DNA of 64,000 nucleotides from Candidatus Multivoradales bacterium. GTDB taxonomy: Bacteria > Acidobacteriota > Thermoanaerobaculia > Multivoradales > Multivoraceae. Below, in pieces: positions 55,791-64,000 of this stretch (its first letter is position 1; each line of letters opens with the position of its first letter). The notes under the pieces were generated by a model that saw only the letters and a list, made by a program, of their open reading frames with translations, ran no database searches and had not been told where the DNA came from. The stretch covers positions 1,088,001-1,152,000 of the forward strand of contig CBDCWI010000002.1 in the NCBI GenBank assembly GCA_965223325.1. The letters are read 5' to 3'. Both the position numbers and the translations under genes were made by a program.

Positions 55791-56669
55791 TCAGCATCGG
55801 CGAATTCGAATCGGCACTCCATCGGGGTCGGAGAAGCGTTCGATTCTCGCTGCCTCCCCCGCGCCGGGCCCACCAGCTGCCTCGAACGCCAGATGCTCCA
55901 GGCCGCAGAGCCGTGGCGCCAGATCACGCCACTCCTGCCCGTCGCGAGCGTAGAGCTCGAGGGTAGTGTACGGGCGTTGCCACAGCCACGGACGGTTCGC
56001 CGTCGCCTCGAGGTCTGGATCTGGTGGCCGTTCGGCGGTGAACGCGAGGAACCACAGGGTGAAGTTGAACCGCGCGACTGGTTGGCGTGACAAGAGGGTC
56101 ATACCCAGGCCACGGTAGAAGGCGAGACTCAACTCGGGCTTTCGCACCCGCAGGGTCAACTGACCGAGAACCGCCGGAGAGCCGAGCGGGAAACGCGCGT
56201 TGTCAGCTCGAGCAGGAGCGCAGGCCCGGCCGAACTGATGTTGGAGGAGTTCGATGGCATGGCCGTCCGGATCCGCCAGATGGCACAAGTAGCCGACGTC
56301 CTCGAACTGACGAGGCTCCGAGACCTCGACCTCCGCCGCACGAAGATGCTGCGCCGCCAGGTCGACGTTCGGCAGCGTGATCCCCAGCTTCCACCAGGTA
56401 TCGGTCGCCTCGGCCGAAAGGTCAAGGCCCTCGCGTGCACGAAGCACGAGGCGCGTCGGCTCGGGAGAACCATCGTCACAAAACGCAACCTCGGCGGCAT
56501 TCTCGCCCTCCTCGAGCACGGTCATCCCCAACCGATCGCGGTAGAAGGCGAGGCTCTCCGATAGATCAGACACCGCTATCGTGGCACTCTCGATCCGGCC
56601 TCGGGATCCGGGCGAGCGTGGCTCATCTCCCGACACGCCTCGAACCGTGTCACGGGCGTCCGAGGTCAC
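55791..56669 (-). CDS. Two-domain VOC/glyoxalase-family protein
   Basis: VSDLSESLAFYRDRLGM, DPDGHAIEL, and a second domain LRVRKPELSLAFYRGLGMTLL...TLEL...DPDG, similar to glyoxalase I. Confidence 0.82.
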   Translation of the reverse strand: MTSDARDTVRGVSGDEPRSPGSRGRIESATIAVSDLSESLAFYRDRLGMTVLEEGENAAEVAFCDDGSPEPTRLVLRAREGLDLSAEATDTWWKLGITLPNVDLAAQHLRAAEVEVSEPRQFEDVGYLCHLADPDGHAIELLQHQFGRACAPARADNARFPLGSPAVLGQLTLRVRKPELSLAFYRGLGMTLLSRQPVARFNFTLWFLAFTAERPPDPDLEATANRPWLWQRPYTTLELYARDGQEWRDLAPRLCGLEHLAFEAAGGPGAGEAARIERFSDPDGVPIRIRRC

Positions 56670-58021
56670 GGCCGGCGGCCTGCGCGGTACGCGGCCAAGG
56701 CATGCTTGCGTTCCTCGACGACGGCGGGCGCCCCAGCCTCAACAGCCATCTCGAGAGCCTGTTCAGCACGCAGCACTGCGCCCTCGAAGTCGCCCACCGC
56801 AGCAAGCCCATCGGCCAGCTCGACCAACACACTCTCCAGGACGGCGCGGAGTTCGCGCTGGTGGTCTCGGGCAGCGAAAGCTTTGTCGAGTGCCGGTAGA
56901 AGCGCCGCGACATCGCCGCGCCGCGCCGCGGCCAGGGCGCGCAGTACGAGCATGTGAAAGTGACCAGGGCGAACCTCCAGCACCTTGCCAGCCAGCCGAT
57001 CGGCGTCTTGAAACCGGCCAATCTTCCACCAGTTCGATGCCAGCATGGCCGTGGCGTCGACTCTCTGTTCCCCGGACGCCCTGCCGAGAGCCCGTTCGGC
57101 TGCGGCGGCGGCATCGGTGGGACGACCTTGTAGCTCATGGGCTGAAGCCGTCATCAGCCAGGCACTGGGGTTCTCAGGGTCCAGCTTGCGCAACTCGTCG
57201 AGTACCTTGAGCGCTGCCTCGGCCTGGCCGCTATCCAGTGACATGCGGGCGCGTCGGAGGAAGCCACCGACATCAACTGCCCGTGCGGAGATCTCGGCTC
57301 GTAGCGGGTCGCGATGCTTCAGTGTGCGCGAGAAGCCTCGCGCGGCTGCAATCAGGCTTTGAGCCTCGTCACGCCGGCCCGCCTGGTGATACGCACGCGC
57401 GAGAGTCGCGGCGATCGCCTGACTCGCTGGTGCAAACCGGCGGGCGCGCTCCAAGAGGGCGATCGCCTCGCCGACTTGGCCACGGCGCAGCGCGAGCCGG
57501 CCGAGCCCGAAGTGCCCCAGGGCGTTCTGAGGATCGAGGACCGCGGCTCGCTTGTAGAGCCCAGCGGCCTCTTGTTCGCGGCCCAGTTTCTCGACGGTTT
57601 CTCCCCAACGAATGTAGAGCGGAGCGTAGTTCGAAAGAGTCGCCGCCGCCCGTTCGAACCACCCGGACGCAGCAGCAGGATCCTCAGACGAAAGCAGCAT
57701 GGCACGGAAGTACGGCCACCGGACATTCCCGGGGTCAAGTTCGGCAGCTCGCTCGTAGGCACTGCCCGCCGGGACAATCAGCCCGTGGGCCTCGAGGATC
57801 ATTCCGTAGTCGCCCCAATTGGCGCCGTCGGAGGGCGTTTCCACAACCTGACCGCGAGCGGCCTCGATCGCCGTGACGACATTGGCGTCGAGGCCACTGA
57901 GCTCCGGCTGCGGTACAGGTTGTGCTGAAGAGGTCGCGGCAAGAGCCAGCACTGCGACGATGAACATCATCGCCACTCTCAGAAGCCAACGGGCGGAGTG
58001 AAAGAACGCTCCGGCGGTCAC
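56666..58021 (-). CDS. Exported TPR-repeat protein
   Basis: Signal peptide (FIVAVLALAATSSAQP), P.P.L..LD..V..AI, WPYF, DPL linker. GTGA overlaps on both sides. Confidence 0.82.
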   Translation of the reverse strand: MTAGAFFHSARWLLRVAMMFIVAVLALAATSSAQPVPQPELSGLDANVVTAIEAARGQVVETPSDGANWGDYGMILEAHGLIVPAGSAYERAAELDPGNVRWPYFRAMLLSSEDPAAASGWFERAAATLSNYAPLYIRWGETVEKLGREQEAAGLYKRAAVLDPQNALGHFGLGRLALRRGQVGEAIALLERARRFAPASQAIAATLARAYHQAGRRDEAQSLIAAARGFSRTLKHRDPLRAEISARAVDVGGFLRRARMSLDSGQAEAALKVLDELRKLDPENPSAWLMTASAHELQGRPTDAAAAAERALGRASGEQRVDATAMLASNWWKIGRFQDADRLAGKVLEVRPGHFHMLVLRALAAARRGDVAALLPALDKAFAARDHQRELRAVLESVLVELADGLAAVGDFEGAVLRAEQALEMAVEAGAPAVVEERKHALAAYRAGRRP

Positions 58022-59754
58022 CGAACTGAAACTCCGGTTCCGCGCTCGAGCCGGCGCGCTTTCGAAACTTCGCCGCCAGGGAACGACTCGGCCATTCCAT
58101 CCGGCCACCTGACTTCGATGCGATCGATCGCCGTCAACTGACCGAGGCCAAAGTGTACGACTGGCTCACGACCCGAGAGGTAGGAACCCCCGCTCGAGAC
58201 CACGCCGATGAAACGTCGCTCGCCAGCGAACAGCGCGATCGTCGCACCAAGAGCGTCTCGGCCACCGCGTTCCGGCAGGACGGCACGTACGCTGAGAAAG
58301 GAGCCCCTCGAGCCGTCCGAACCCTTCGAGTCGTTGCGATAGATCCTCACCGGGCCTTCTACATTGGACAAGACAAGATCGAGATCACCATCTCGATCCA
58401 GGTCAGCAGGCACCAACCCTCTGCTCACTTCGGCTGACGCGAAGAAATCACCTTCGCCCTCCGCGGCCTCAACGTAGCCCCCCGCCGAGGAGGTCAACAG
58501 CGAGTTGCGCTCGCCATAGGCATTCCAGAAGCCTGGGCTCGCTCCTTCTTGCGGCTCCGACCGGCGCTTGACGGCACCGTTCGCAATCGCCACGTCGAGG
58601 TCGCCGTCGAGGTCGCCGTCGAAGAACACGGTTCCGAAACCGGTGACTCCAAGTGACGGAAGACCGACACCGGCCTCGGCGGAAATATCCTCGAACCCGA
58701 CCGCGCCTCGGTTTCCGTAGAGCGTGTTGGTCTCGTCGGCCAGGTGCGTCACCATGAGATCGAAATCACCGTCGCCGTCTGCGTCACCTACCGCAACTCC
58801 CATGCCTGCCTCTCCCACTCCGTAGCGGTTGAACGCGAGGCCCTCGAGAATCGCCTCGTCTTCGAGCCGACCGTCGCGCCACACCCATAAGAGGTTGGGA
58901 TCCGAGTCGTTGGCAACGTATAGCGCTGGCGGGCCGGAGTCCGCGACCGGAAGCAGGTCGACTCCCAGTCCACGGTATCGCAGCCTCTGGACTCCCCAGG
59001 GGCCGGACATATCTTCGAAGCCCCGCCCGTCCAGGTTGCGGTAGACACGGTCGGGCAGGGCAGCAAGTTGCGCTGGGCCGCAATAGTCTGGCCGGCCGCC
59101 CTCGAGGAAACACTCGCGACCGATTCGGTAGTCGACGTAGCGAGTGACGTAGAGGTCGAGCCAGCCGTCTCGGTCGAGGTCGACGAAGGTTGCCGAGGCC
59201 GACCAGCCATCTCGAGCAAGCACGTCTCCCTGACGCTGCGCGAAACGGCCTCCTTCGTTGCGCAGCAACTCGTCGCCGCCCCAGGCGCTGATGAAAACGT
59301 CCAGGTCACCATCGTTGTCAACGTCGCCCAGGGCACATCCTTGTCCCCAACGCTCATCGTCCCCAGGCGACACCGCGAGGCCAGCAGCCACCGAGGCGTC
59401 CTCGAACCGCATTGGCTCGACCTGTCGAAACAGTCGATTGCCCCACCCGGCGCCTGGCCGGCCACCGACCGCCAACACGTCAACCCATCCATCACCGTCA
59501 GCGTCGAAGACGCAGAGGCCCCCGCCCATGATGGCGGGCATCGGCCAGGTCCCTTCACTGGCCGTCCGGTGTCGGAGCTCGAGACCCGCTGAGGTTGTCA
59601 CGTCGACGAAAGAAAGCCCGCTGCTCCCGTCGCCTCCAACGACGCTCGCGGGCTCCCTGGCTGCTCCGCCCGGGCCGGGTCTGCTATCGCGGGCACAAGA
59701 GAGAACGGCGAAGGTCAGCGCCAAAAGGCAGAATCTCGAAAGCGTTGACAACAC
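58018..59754 (-). CDS. CRTAC1-family lipoprotein, subtype A
   Basis: VLSC lipobox, DxDxDG repeats, REC...DYCGP, ETNTLY, SRGL, GSYLSG.EPVVHFGLG. Start taken at GTG 59754 (the ORF extends to 59865). Confidence 0.88.
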   Translation of the reverse strand: MLSTLSRFCLLALTFAVLSCARDSRPGPGGAAREPASVVGGDGSSGLSFVDVTTSAGLELRHRTASEGTWPMPAIMGGGLCVFDADGDGWVDVLAVGGRPGAGWGNRLFRQVEPMRFEDASVAAGLAVSPGDDERWGQGCALGDVDNDGDLDVFISAWGGDELLRNEGGRFAQRQGDVLARDGWSASATFVDLDRDGWLDLYVTRYVDYRIGRECFLEGGRPDYCGPAQLAALPDRVYRNLDGRGFEDMSGPWGVQRLRYRGLGVDLLPVADSGPPALYVANDSDPNLLWVWRDGRLEDEAILEGLAFNRYGVGEAGMGVAVGDADGDGDFDLMVTHLADETNTLYGNRGAVGFEDISAEAGVGLPSLGVTGFGTVFFDGDLDGDLDVAIANGAVKRRSEPQEGASPGFWNAYGERNSLLTSSAGGYVEAAEGEGDFFASAEVSRGLVPADLDRDGDLDLVLSNVEGPVRIYRNDSKGSDGSRGSFLSVRAVLPERGGRDALGATIALFAGERRFIGVVSSGGSYLSGREPVVHFGLGQLTAIDRIEVRWPDGMAESFPGGEVSKARRLERGTGVSVR

Positions 59755-59790
59755 GTCGCGTGACGGTCTCGCCTGCAGGCTGCCGAGACG

Positions 59791-59819
59791 AAAACGGGCC
59801 AGCCCAAACGGCTGGCCCG
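59791..59819 (-). terminator. Stem-loop/terminator after the second TBDR gene
   Basis: Reverse strand CGGGCCAGCC-GTTTG-GGCTGGCCCG followed by TTTT. Confidence 0.65.
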
Positions 59820-59879
59820 ATTTCTCACCAGGAAAGGCACCGGAGTAGGCCACCTCTTCCGGCAACCTGTCTCAGGTTC

Positions 59880-62800
59880 CTAGAACTTCAGAGACAGCGA
59901 GGCTCGGAACTGGCGCGGCCGTTGGAAGTTGCGCCGTACGCGCCCGATCTCACCACGACTTGTGGTGAAGGTCCGCTCCTGCTCGTTCGTCACGTTCAGG
60001 CCCTCGACCCTTAAGCCGCCTCGCACCTGACCAGAAATTGGGAAACCCCAATTCATGCTCATGTTGATGGCGTAGATGTCGGTGAGACGACGTGCTCCGC
60101 GCTCCTCGACGTAGAGCGTGACCCCACTGTTTGCCGCGGTGTTGCCATCGAGGGCGATGGTGCTCACGCCTTCGGTGCGCTGCCAGGGCAGACCGTCCTG
60201 GTACTGGAAGTGACCACCAATGGTCAGGTCGTGCGAACCGATCGCCCAACGCTTGAAGCCGAAGGTGTTCCAGATGATCGGCCGATCGATGTTGTTGGCC
60301 TTTCCAACGCGGTTGATCGTCGAGACCGGTTGCCCAAGGAAGGGGGTCAGCACGCTGCAGTCAACCGGCACGGTCCGAGTCCGCCCTTGGGCGTTCGGGT
60401 TGGTCTGGTTGAACTGGCAGGAATCGATGTGATCCTGCGTCAGGACAACGTGCAGGTCTTCGCCGTAGTCGGAGTTGGTGTTGTTCCACCAGGCACCCGC
60501 GCCACTGGTCTCGGTTTCCGAGAACGTCACGTTATTAAACAGCGCCCACCCGTTGGCGAACCTGCGATTGAGCTGCAGCTGAATCGCCTGATACTCCATC
60601 TTGCCTGGCTCGTAGTTGTTCAGAATCGCGTCGGCGCGTGCGGCGAGCTGTTCTGGCGACTCGTCAGGGAAGACGTTGGTGTTCGCAGCGATGAAGTTGT
60701 CCACAAACCCAATGTTGCGCAGGATGTCGGCGTAGTCGTTGTAGTTGGCGAGCAACTTGAACTGATCGCTCTCCGGCGACAGCTGAATGGTCGCACCGAT
60801 CATGTCGTCGAGTTCCCACCACAGCCCCTTGACGTCGAGGGCCCAGTTGGGTGCAACCTGCCACTCGAAGCCCAGGATCACTTCATCCTTGTAGTAGGGA
60901 TCGATGTCAGATTGGAAGTAGCCCTGGTCGACCAACTCCCACATCCGACCCGAACGCAGCTCGCGCAGTCGGAAGTTGTAGCCGACGCCGTTCTGCGCGC
61001 AGCCGGGGAGTCCAAAAGTAACGTCAAGAAAGTCACAGAAGAGCCACGTCACTTGGTCAGAGCCGATTTCCCCGTTGGGGTTGTCGCGAAGATGCTCCTG
61101 GACCCACTGTTGGTTGAGCTGCGCGTAGTAGCGACCAACATTGGCGGAGAAGAGCATCTGGCCGTCACCACGAATGTCGTACGTCGCCGACAGACGGGGA
61201 GCAAAGTTATTGGCGTCAACGACTTCCCGACCGGTGTCGTTCTCAGCCACTGCGTTCTCGTAGCGCAGACCGAGGTTGAAGGTCCAGTGGTCGCCACTGG
61301 TGAAGCGATCCCGTACATAGAACGCCAGGTCTTCGTTCTTCGTGTTACCGCTCCCGAGGACCATGTCCTCCGGGAAGGTCGTCCAGGCACAGGTGCCCAG
61401 GGCGCGGGTGGCTGGGATCCCCAGCGAGTTGGCGAACGCGACAGTCGACGCATTGGTGCGCGCGATACCGCAGTCGAGCGGGCCGATGCCGCCATTGGCT
61501 GCGTCAAACCCGAACGGGTTGAAGGCGTTGAAGAAGCCGCCATCGTAGACATCGAGGCCCTGGATGTTGGCGTCCCACTCGACTGTCTGCCAGTCGATGC
61601 CGTACTTCAACTCGTGGTTCGAGCCCGCGAACTGCGTCAGGCTGAGGTTGGCCTGATCGCGCGGGAACTCGTTGGTACCGAAACCGTTGTCCAGCAACCA
61701 ACCGTTGTTCCAAGCGCCGTCATTCTGACTGTCCCGGTAGACGTCGAAATTGTTGACCGGAGAATGCGGGAAGATCTCGAGCCCCGGCAGCACCGCGAAA
61801 CGCGGGTCCTGCTGCTTCTGGGCCAGGCACACGCCGGGATCAGTGCTACCGCAGGCGAGGAACTTGTTCTCATCCGACTGCTGGGTGGCGATCTTGGCCT
61901 CGAGGAAGAAATTGTTACTCGCCGACCAGTTCCAGCTCAGGGTACCGAGGGTGCCATCTGAAACATGGGGAGTGGGCGTCCAGAGATCGTTGGATTCCGG
62001 GTTGAAGTACACCCGATCTGCCGGCGTGTCGATCCAAGAGAACGAAAGTGAGTGCGCGGGCGCGGGCTGTACGTTGAACTTGGCGATACGCGCTTCGGTG
62101 TTCAGAGACACGTCGATGGCGTCACCATTGAGCGTGCGGTCGATATCGTTCGTCGACACGTCGCTCCAGGCCAGGAAGAACCAAGCTTTGTCGCGCGCCA
62201 ACGGCCCGCCAAAGCCCAGCTCGAAGCTATCGGACTTGCCGTCCTCTTCCACGTCACCCGTGCCGAAGAAGTCGCGCTTGAAGAAGTTCGGATCTTCGGG
62301 GAAGTTCTGCCGCTGGGTGAGTTCGACGTGGCTGTCGTAGTCAGATTGCCAGGCCGTCTCCTGCCGCTGCCAGAGCAGGTCGCCATGGAACTTGTTGGTT
62401 CCTGACTTCACGATGACATTGGTCGTCGAGCCCACGGCGCGACCGTACTCAGCCGAAGAACCACCGGCTTCCATCGTCACCTCGGTAACCGCCGAGGTCG
62501 GAATGTAGACGCGGCTGCCACCGAAGCGAGCGAAACTCGAGTCGACGCCGTCGATGAAGACCTGCTGGTCAGCCCAGTTGCTGCCGTTGACCGTCGGTCG
62601 AGTACCCTGGATGTCGGCGTTCTGCGAGTCGCTCGATACACCAGGAAGGGTGTTGATGACGCCGTAGTAGGTGCGAGTGGTTCCGGCGGTTTCCTGGCCG
62701 ACCTCAGAGGTCACGGTCGATCCGGCGGTAACGTTGTACTTGTCGACCATCGGCGCTTCCGAGGTAACGGTGATCTCCTCTGAAGTTCCCATGGACAACC

Positions 62801-63107
62801 GAAAGTTCACGTCGGCGCGAGCCCCGCCTGAAACCTGGGTCGCGGCTTCCATGGTGTCGAAGCCGTCCATGTTGGCCGTCACCCTATACTCGCCGGGCAC
62901 CAGGAGAGCGATCCGAAACTCCCCCTTCTCGTCTGTAAAGGCCTCGCGGGCACCGCGGCCAGCGTCAGCAGCGATACGGACGCCTGGAATGGGTGCCCCC
63001 GAGGCGTCGGTGACGACACCGGAGATGACACCGGTCTCCTGGCCATCGGCCCAGGCCATACCCGCCACCGCGGCGACCGCGAGGATCATGATGAAGATTC
63101 GCCTCAT
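59880..63107 (-). CDS. TonB-dependent receptor-like outer-membrane protein, paralogue of 45239-48412
   Basis: Signal peptide. EEITVTSEAPMVDKYNVTAG, GTTRTYYGVIN and GRYYAQLNQQ are shared with the paralogue. C-terminal LKF. Confidence 0.9.
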   Translation of the reverse strand: MRRIFIMILAVAAVAGMAWADGQETGVISGVVTDASGAPIPGVRIAADAGRGAREAFTDEKGEFRIALLVPGEYRVTANMDGFDTMEAATQVSGGARADVNFRLSMGTSEEITVTSEAPMVDKYNVTAGSTVTSEVGQETAGTTRTYYGVINTLPGVSSDSQNADIQGTRPTVNGSNWADQQVFIDGVDSSFARFGGSRVYIPTSAVTEVTMEAGGSSAEYGRAVGSTTNVIVKSGTNKFHGDLLWQRQETAWQSDYDSHVELTQRQNFPEDPNFFKRDFFGTGDVEEDGKSDSFELGFGGPLARDKAWFFLAWSDVSTNDIDRTLNGDAIDVSLNTEARIAKFNVQPAPAHSLSFSWIDTPADRVYFNPESNDLWTPTPHVSDGTLGTLSWNWSASNNFFLEAKIATQQSDENKFLACGSTDPGVCLAQKQQDPRFAVLPGLEIFPHSPVNNFDVYRDSQNDGAWNNGWLLDNGFGTNEFPRDQANLSLTQFAGSNHELKYGIDWQTVEWDANIQGLDVYDGGFFNAFNPFGFDAANGGIGPLDCGIARTNASTVAFANSLGIPATRALGTCAWTTFPEDMVLGSGNTKNEDLAFYVRDRFTSGDHWTFNLGLRYENAVAENDTGREVVDANNFAPRLSATYDIRGDGQMLFSANVGRYYAQLNQQWVQEHLRDNPNGEIGSDQVTWLFCDFLDVTFGLPGCAQNGVGYNFRLRELRSGRMWELVDQGYFQSDIDPYYKDEVILGFEWQVAPNWALDVKGLWWELDDMIGATIQLSPESDQFKLLANYNDYADILRNIGFVDNFIAANTNVFPDESPEQLAARADAILNNYEPGKMEYQAIQLQLNRRFANGWALFNNVTFSETETSGAGAWWNNTNSDYGEDLHVVLTQDHIDSCQFNQTNPNAQGRTRTVPVDCSVLTPFLGQPVSTINRVGKANNIDRPIIWNTFGFKRWAIGSHDLTIGGHFQYQDGLPWQRTEGVSTIALDGNTAANSGVTLYVEERGARRLTDIYAINMSMNWGFPISGQVRGGLRVEGLNVTNEQERTFTTSRGEIGRVRRNFQRPRQFRASLSLKF

Positions 63108-63393
63108 TGTTGCTTTCCTCTCCCCTACTCAGGGGGTCACTTTCAACGGTTCTAGTTCCAACTCTCGAAAGACCCAGCACCCTTCCCCGCCTGGTCCCGG
63201 CGACTTCAATCGCCCGGAGATTCAGTATCCAGTCGCGGAGAATTCAAAAACATGGAGTGGCTTCTCCAATCAACCGGAGATTCCTGTTTGCGTCTCGCTC
63301 CCAGAGGCGCGACAAAGCAAGGGGGACAGGGGCCACAGACACCGACCGCACAAGCTGGCCGACTGAAACTAGATCGATCGTTCAAGTTCTCTG

Positions 63394-63409
63394 TTCAACT
63401 TTCGTGCCG
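63394..63409 (-). promoter_or_regulatory. Candidate sigma-54 promoter for the second TBDR
   Basis: Reverse strand CGGCACGAAAGTTGAA (GGCACG-N4-TTGA, with a variant -12 box). Confidence 0.35.
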
Positions 63410-63527
63410 GTTTCCTGCCGTTTCGTCCCGTACTTACCCCGGTAGACAACTCCGGCTGCATATGATCTGAGCCGGCATACGGTCTACACCCAAGCCCTAC
63501 CTCTCCAACGATGGGAGTCTCCCCGCG

Positions 63528-64000
63528 ATGCTGACCACCAGCCTGACCGTTTCCTTCTTGTTGGCGTTGACTCTCGGCGAAGGGCCTCCGCAGCAAAGCG
63601 CTAGCGGCTGGCCCGCGGGAAGGGAAGAAGCAACCAGTGGTTCGGTGGCGACCGCGCCGGTACCAGCGGCACGGGGGTATCGCATCTACTTCGATCCCGC
63701 GACCGGCCAGATCATCGACGATCCGACGCCGGCCCAGGTTCGCGCTCTTGATCAGGCCGTCGCCCGCGATCGCGGCTCCAGCGGCCCGGAGCTTCGCCGC
63801 GTACCGAGAACCTGGTCGGTCCCTGCCATCGGCGGGACGGGAATTGAGCTCGACGAACGGTTCTTCGTGGGTTTTCGATCGGTCATCGGGGTAGGAGGTG
63901 CCAACACCACGACGTGCTCGCCGCTCGACCACCAGGCGCATCCCCCACCCCCGGTACCTGAGCCTGTTCGGTTCGAGCGCCCTGAGCTTCCATCGGCCGT
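63528..64000 (+). CDS. Secreted protein with post-PEP-CTERM-1-like domain (3' end truncated by the window)
   Basis: Not in the ORF track. Manual translation gives MLTTSLTVSFLLALTLG...GYRIYFDPATGQIIDDPTPAQVRAL...GGTGIELDERFFV, open to the window end. Confidence 0.65.
   Translation, partial: MLTTSLTVSFLLALTLGEGPPQQSASGWPAGREEATSGSVATAPVPAARGYRIYFDPATGQIIDDPTPAQVRALDQAVARDRGSSGPELRRVPRTWSVPAIGGTGIELDERFFVGFRSVIGVGGANTTTCSPLDHQAHPPPPVPEPVRFERPELPSA

Noticed and set aside
41112-59754. Enediyne biosynthetic cluster (UnbV domains)
   Set aside because: No enediyne PKS, thioesterase or other biosynthetic genes. ASPIC/UnbV domains are widespread outside such clusters.
45239-63107. TBDR barrels acting as the missing T3SS outer-membrane channel
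   Set aside because: Only proximity supports it. The genes are separated by nth/esterase/NUDIX, have different promoter motifs, and plugged monomeric barrels cannot pass a needle.

Overview
GC-rich bacterial DNA, probably Acidobacteriota (Thermoanaerobaculia-like). This is inferred from an ADOP-type duplicated permease, a lineage-typical secreted 'VKVLxxCxxNxHFWVF' protein and expanded CRTAC1/TonB-receptor families. The window has three blocks. (1) 1-17.4 kb holds housekeeping and metabolic genes: a partial Phd/YefM antitoxin, trmJ, a DUF3516 helicase, an ADOP permease, methyltransferases, an ATP-dependent ligase, an acyltransferase, DUF1295, an acyl-CoA dehydrogenase, SnoaL, Yip1 and DUF2752. 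It also has a repeat-rich 0.7 kb intergenic segment. (2) 17.5-38.3 kb is a 21 kb minus-strand non-flagellar type III secretion locus, bounded on both sides by unrelated genes (sctJ-K?-L-N-O-P-Q, fliO-like, sctR-S-T-U-V, inner rod, needle-like, TPR chaperones, translocator-like). I recognise no secretin (SctC), canonical SctD or gatekeeper (SctW). It keeps a flagellar-type FliO, has an FHA-like domain fused to SctQ and ends in two FHA-transmembrane proteins. A shared GTAAC-N16-GGAAG promoter-like motif lies in its internal intergenic gaps and upstream of a distant secreted-protein gene. (3) After nth, an esterase and a NUDIX gene, 41-63 kb is an array of 2 paralogous Cys-rich TonB-dependent-receptor-like barrels, 5 CRTAC1 (FG-GAP/ASPIC-UnbV) proteins of two subtypes, 3 exported TPR proteins and a glyoxalase-fold gene. 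I saw no rRNA, tRNA, CRISPR, integrase or transposase. All calls come from motif recognition by eye; no searches were run.
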